From Chloroflexota bacterium (GTDB lineage Bacteria > Chloroflexota > Dehalococcoidia > Lucifugimonadales > Lucifugimonadaceae): DNA of 16,199 nucleotides. The notes under the pieces were generated by a model. That model worked only from the letters and a program-made list of their open reading frames with translations, was not told the DNA's origin and ran no database searches. Numbering within the stretch: the first letter of the stretch is position 1; every line of letters starts with the position of its first letter. Positions 15,613 through 16,199 of this stretch are shown here, in pieces. Where the stretch lies: positions 67,776 through 83,974 of the forward strand of contig PBHC01000009.1 of the NCBI GenBank assembly GCA_002719295.1. Reading direction: 5' to 3'. The position numbers were made by a program, and so were the translations under genes.

Positions 15613-15768
15613 AAGTTACATCTTTGTTAGGTATAATCGAAACTCTACTATCAATTATAAAAACAAACAATAAGTATTTGAAGTTTTTATTCAAAAAAAA
15701 TATATGAATGATACCCAAAAAAACATTTAGATAATCGTGTATTTCTATTTCTGATTTTATCAAGAAAA

Positions 15769-15780
15769 TGGTACCCCCAC
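15769..15780 (-). other. Putative tRNA 3'-end fragment (GTGGGGGTACCA, tRNA-Glu-like); candidate att site
   Basis: A GC-rich 12-mer ending in ACCA inside a very AT-rich spacer. It matches the 3' acceptor strand of GCCCCCA-type tRNA-Glu as I recall it. No tRNA body is attached. Confidence 0.4.
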
Positions 15781-15891
15781 AAAGATACCTTGCTTTGAAC
15801 TTGATTTATACTACAAATGAAAAAATATATATACCTCTTACTTATTTCCACTTTACAGACAATAATTTAAATAGATAATTTATATGAAAAA

Positions 15892-15925
15892 ATTGTTTAC
15901 TTAATTAGTCAACAATATGTAAAAT
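15892..15925 (+). promoter_or_regulatory. Putative promoter of the aldehyde dehydrogenase (TTTACT-18 nt-TAAAAT) with an overlapping 25-bp imperfect palindrome
   Basis: ATTGTTtACTtaatTAGTcAACAAT (15892-15916) is self-complementary at 10 of 12 pairs and covers the -35. TAAAAT lies at 15920-15925. Confidence 0.5.
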
Positions 15926-15980
15926 CTTATAAGGTTTAATTTAATAAATTAAAAATAAACTATAAAAGAAAGGTTTTATT

Positions 15981-16199
15981 ATGATTGAAAAGACTAATTT
16001 TTATATAAATGGAAAATGGGTTAAGCCTATAAAAGAAAATAAATTTTCTGTCATTAATCCATCAAATGAAGAAGCTTATGCAACTATTTCTCTAGGTACA
16101 AAAGAAGATTTAGATTTGGCAGTAAATTCTGCGAAAAATGCATTTGAATTTTGGGAATTTTCAGATCCTCAAGAGAGAATTTCTTTAATTTCTAGGTTT
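15981..16199 (+). CDS. Aldehyde dehydrogenase family protein (N-terminal part; runs off the window edge)
   Basis: Not in the ORF track. Manual translation gives MIEKTNFYINGKWVKPIKENKFSVINPSNEEAYATISLGTKEDLDLAVNSAKNAFEFW...ERISL, the typical ALDH N-terminus (YINGxW, VINP, DxAVxAA, W...ER). An AAAGG SD lies upstream. Confidence 0.92.
   Translation, partial: MIEKTNFYINGKWVKPIKENKFSVINPSNEEAYATISLGTKEDLDLAVNSAKNAFEFWEFSDPQERISLISRF

Noticed and set aside
15720..15860. Intact tRNA gene on the minus strand
   Set aside because: Only the 3' acceptor strand and CCA are present. There is no 5' GCCCCC strand or D/anticodon arm, and the T-loop-like spacing is wrong.
15768..15904. Tiny plus-strand ORFs (MVPPQRY... 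36 aa; MKKYIYLLLISTLQTII 17 aa; MKKLFT)
   Set aside because: They lack SD sites, and ATGAAAAAA arises easily in this composition. They may be decayed remnants, but I cannot support that.
1..16199. CRISPR array, IS/integrase, retron/RT, rRNA or defence system
   Set aside because: I saw no regularly spaced direct repeats, terminal inverted repeats or matching protein motifs. Nearly all sequence is explained by recognisable CDSs.

Overview
This is an AT-rich (roughly 30% GC by eye), densely packed bacterial chromosome segment. Gene order (thiL-tsaE-tsaB-ndk) and protein style suggest a streamlined, probably marine Chloroflexota/Dehalococcoidia (SAR202-like) genome; this is inference. The left half (1-8281) holds housekeeping runs on the minus strand: DUF502-thiL-tsaE-tsaB-ndk, then mnmA-rnhB-thiE-hppA-MBL hydrolase, with rsfS on the plus strand between them. 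The right half is a mosaic of a small orphan membrane protein, an RluB-type pseudouridine synthase, an MscS channel with a duplicated TM1-TM2 module, an SMP-30/gluconolactonase-like propeller, a DUF2784-like protein, a ferrochelatase with a [2Fe-2S]-type motif, a TIM-barrel isomerase/epimerase, an MFS transporter and the start of an aldehyde dehydrogenase. I found no CRISPR array, rRNA, intact tRNA, transposase or riboswitch, and no clear-cut new multi-gene system. The best leads are: (i) three genes whose SD-supported, family-consistent starts are non-canonical AUA/AUC/AUU codons; (ii) a K+-dependent, Na+-type membrane PPase with substitutions at normally near-invariant positions; (iii) a tRNA-Glu-like 3'-end fragment that may mark an island boundary; (iv) the MscS internal duplication; and (v) a lone Cys-insert ferrochelatase with an extra lip insertion.
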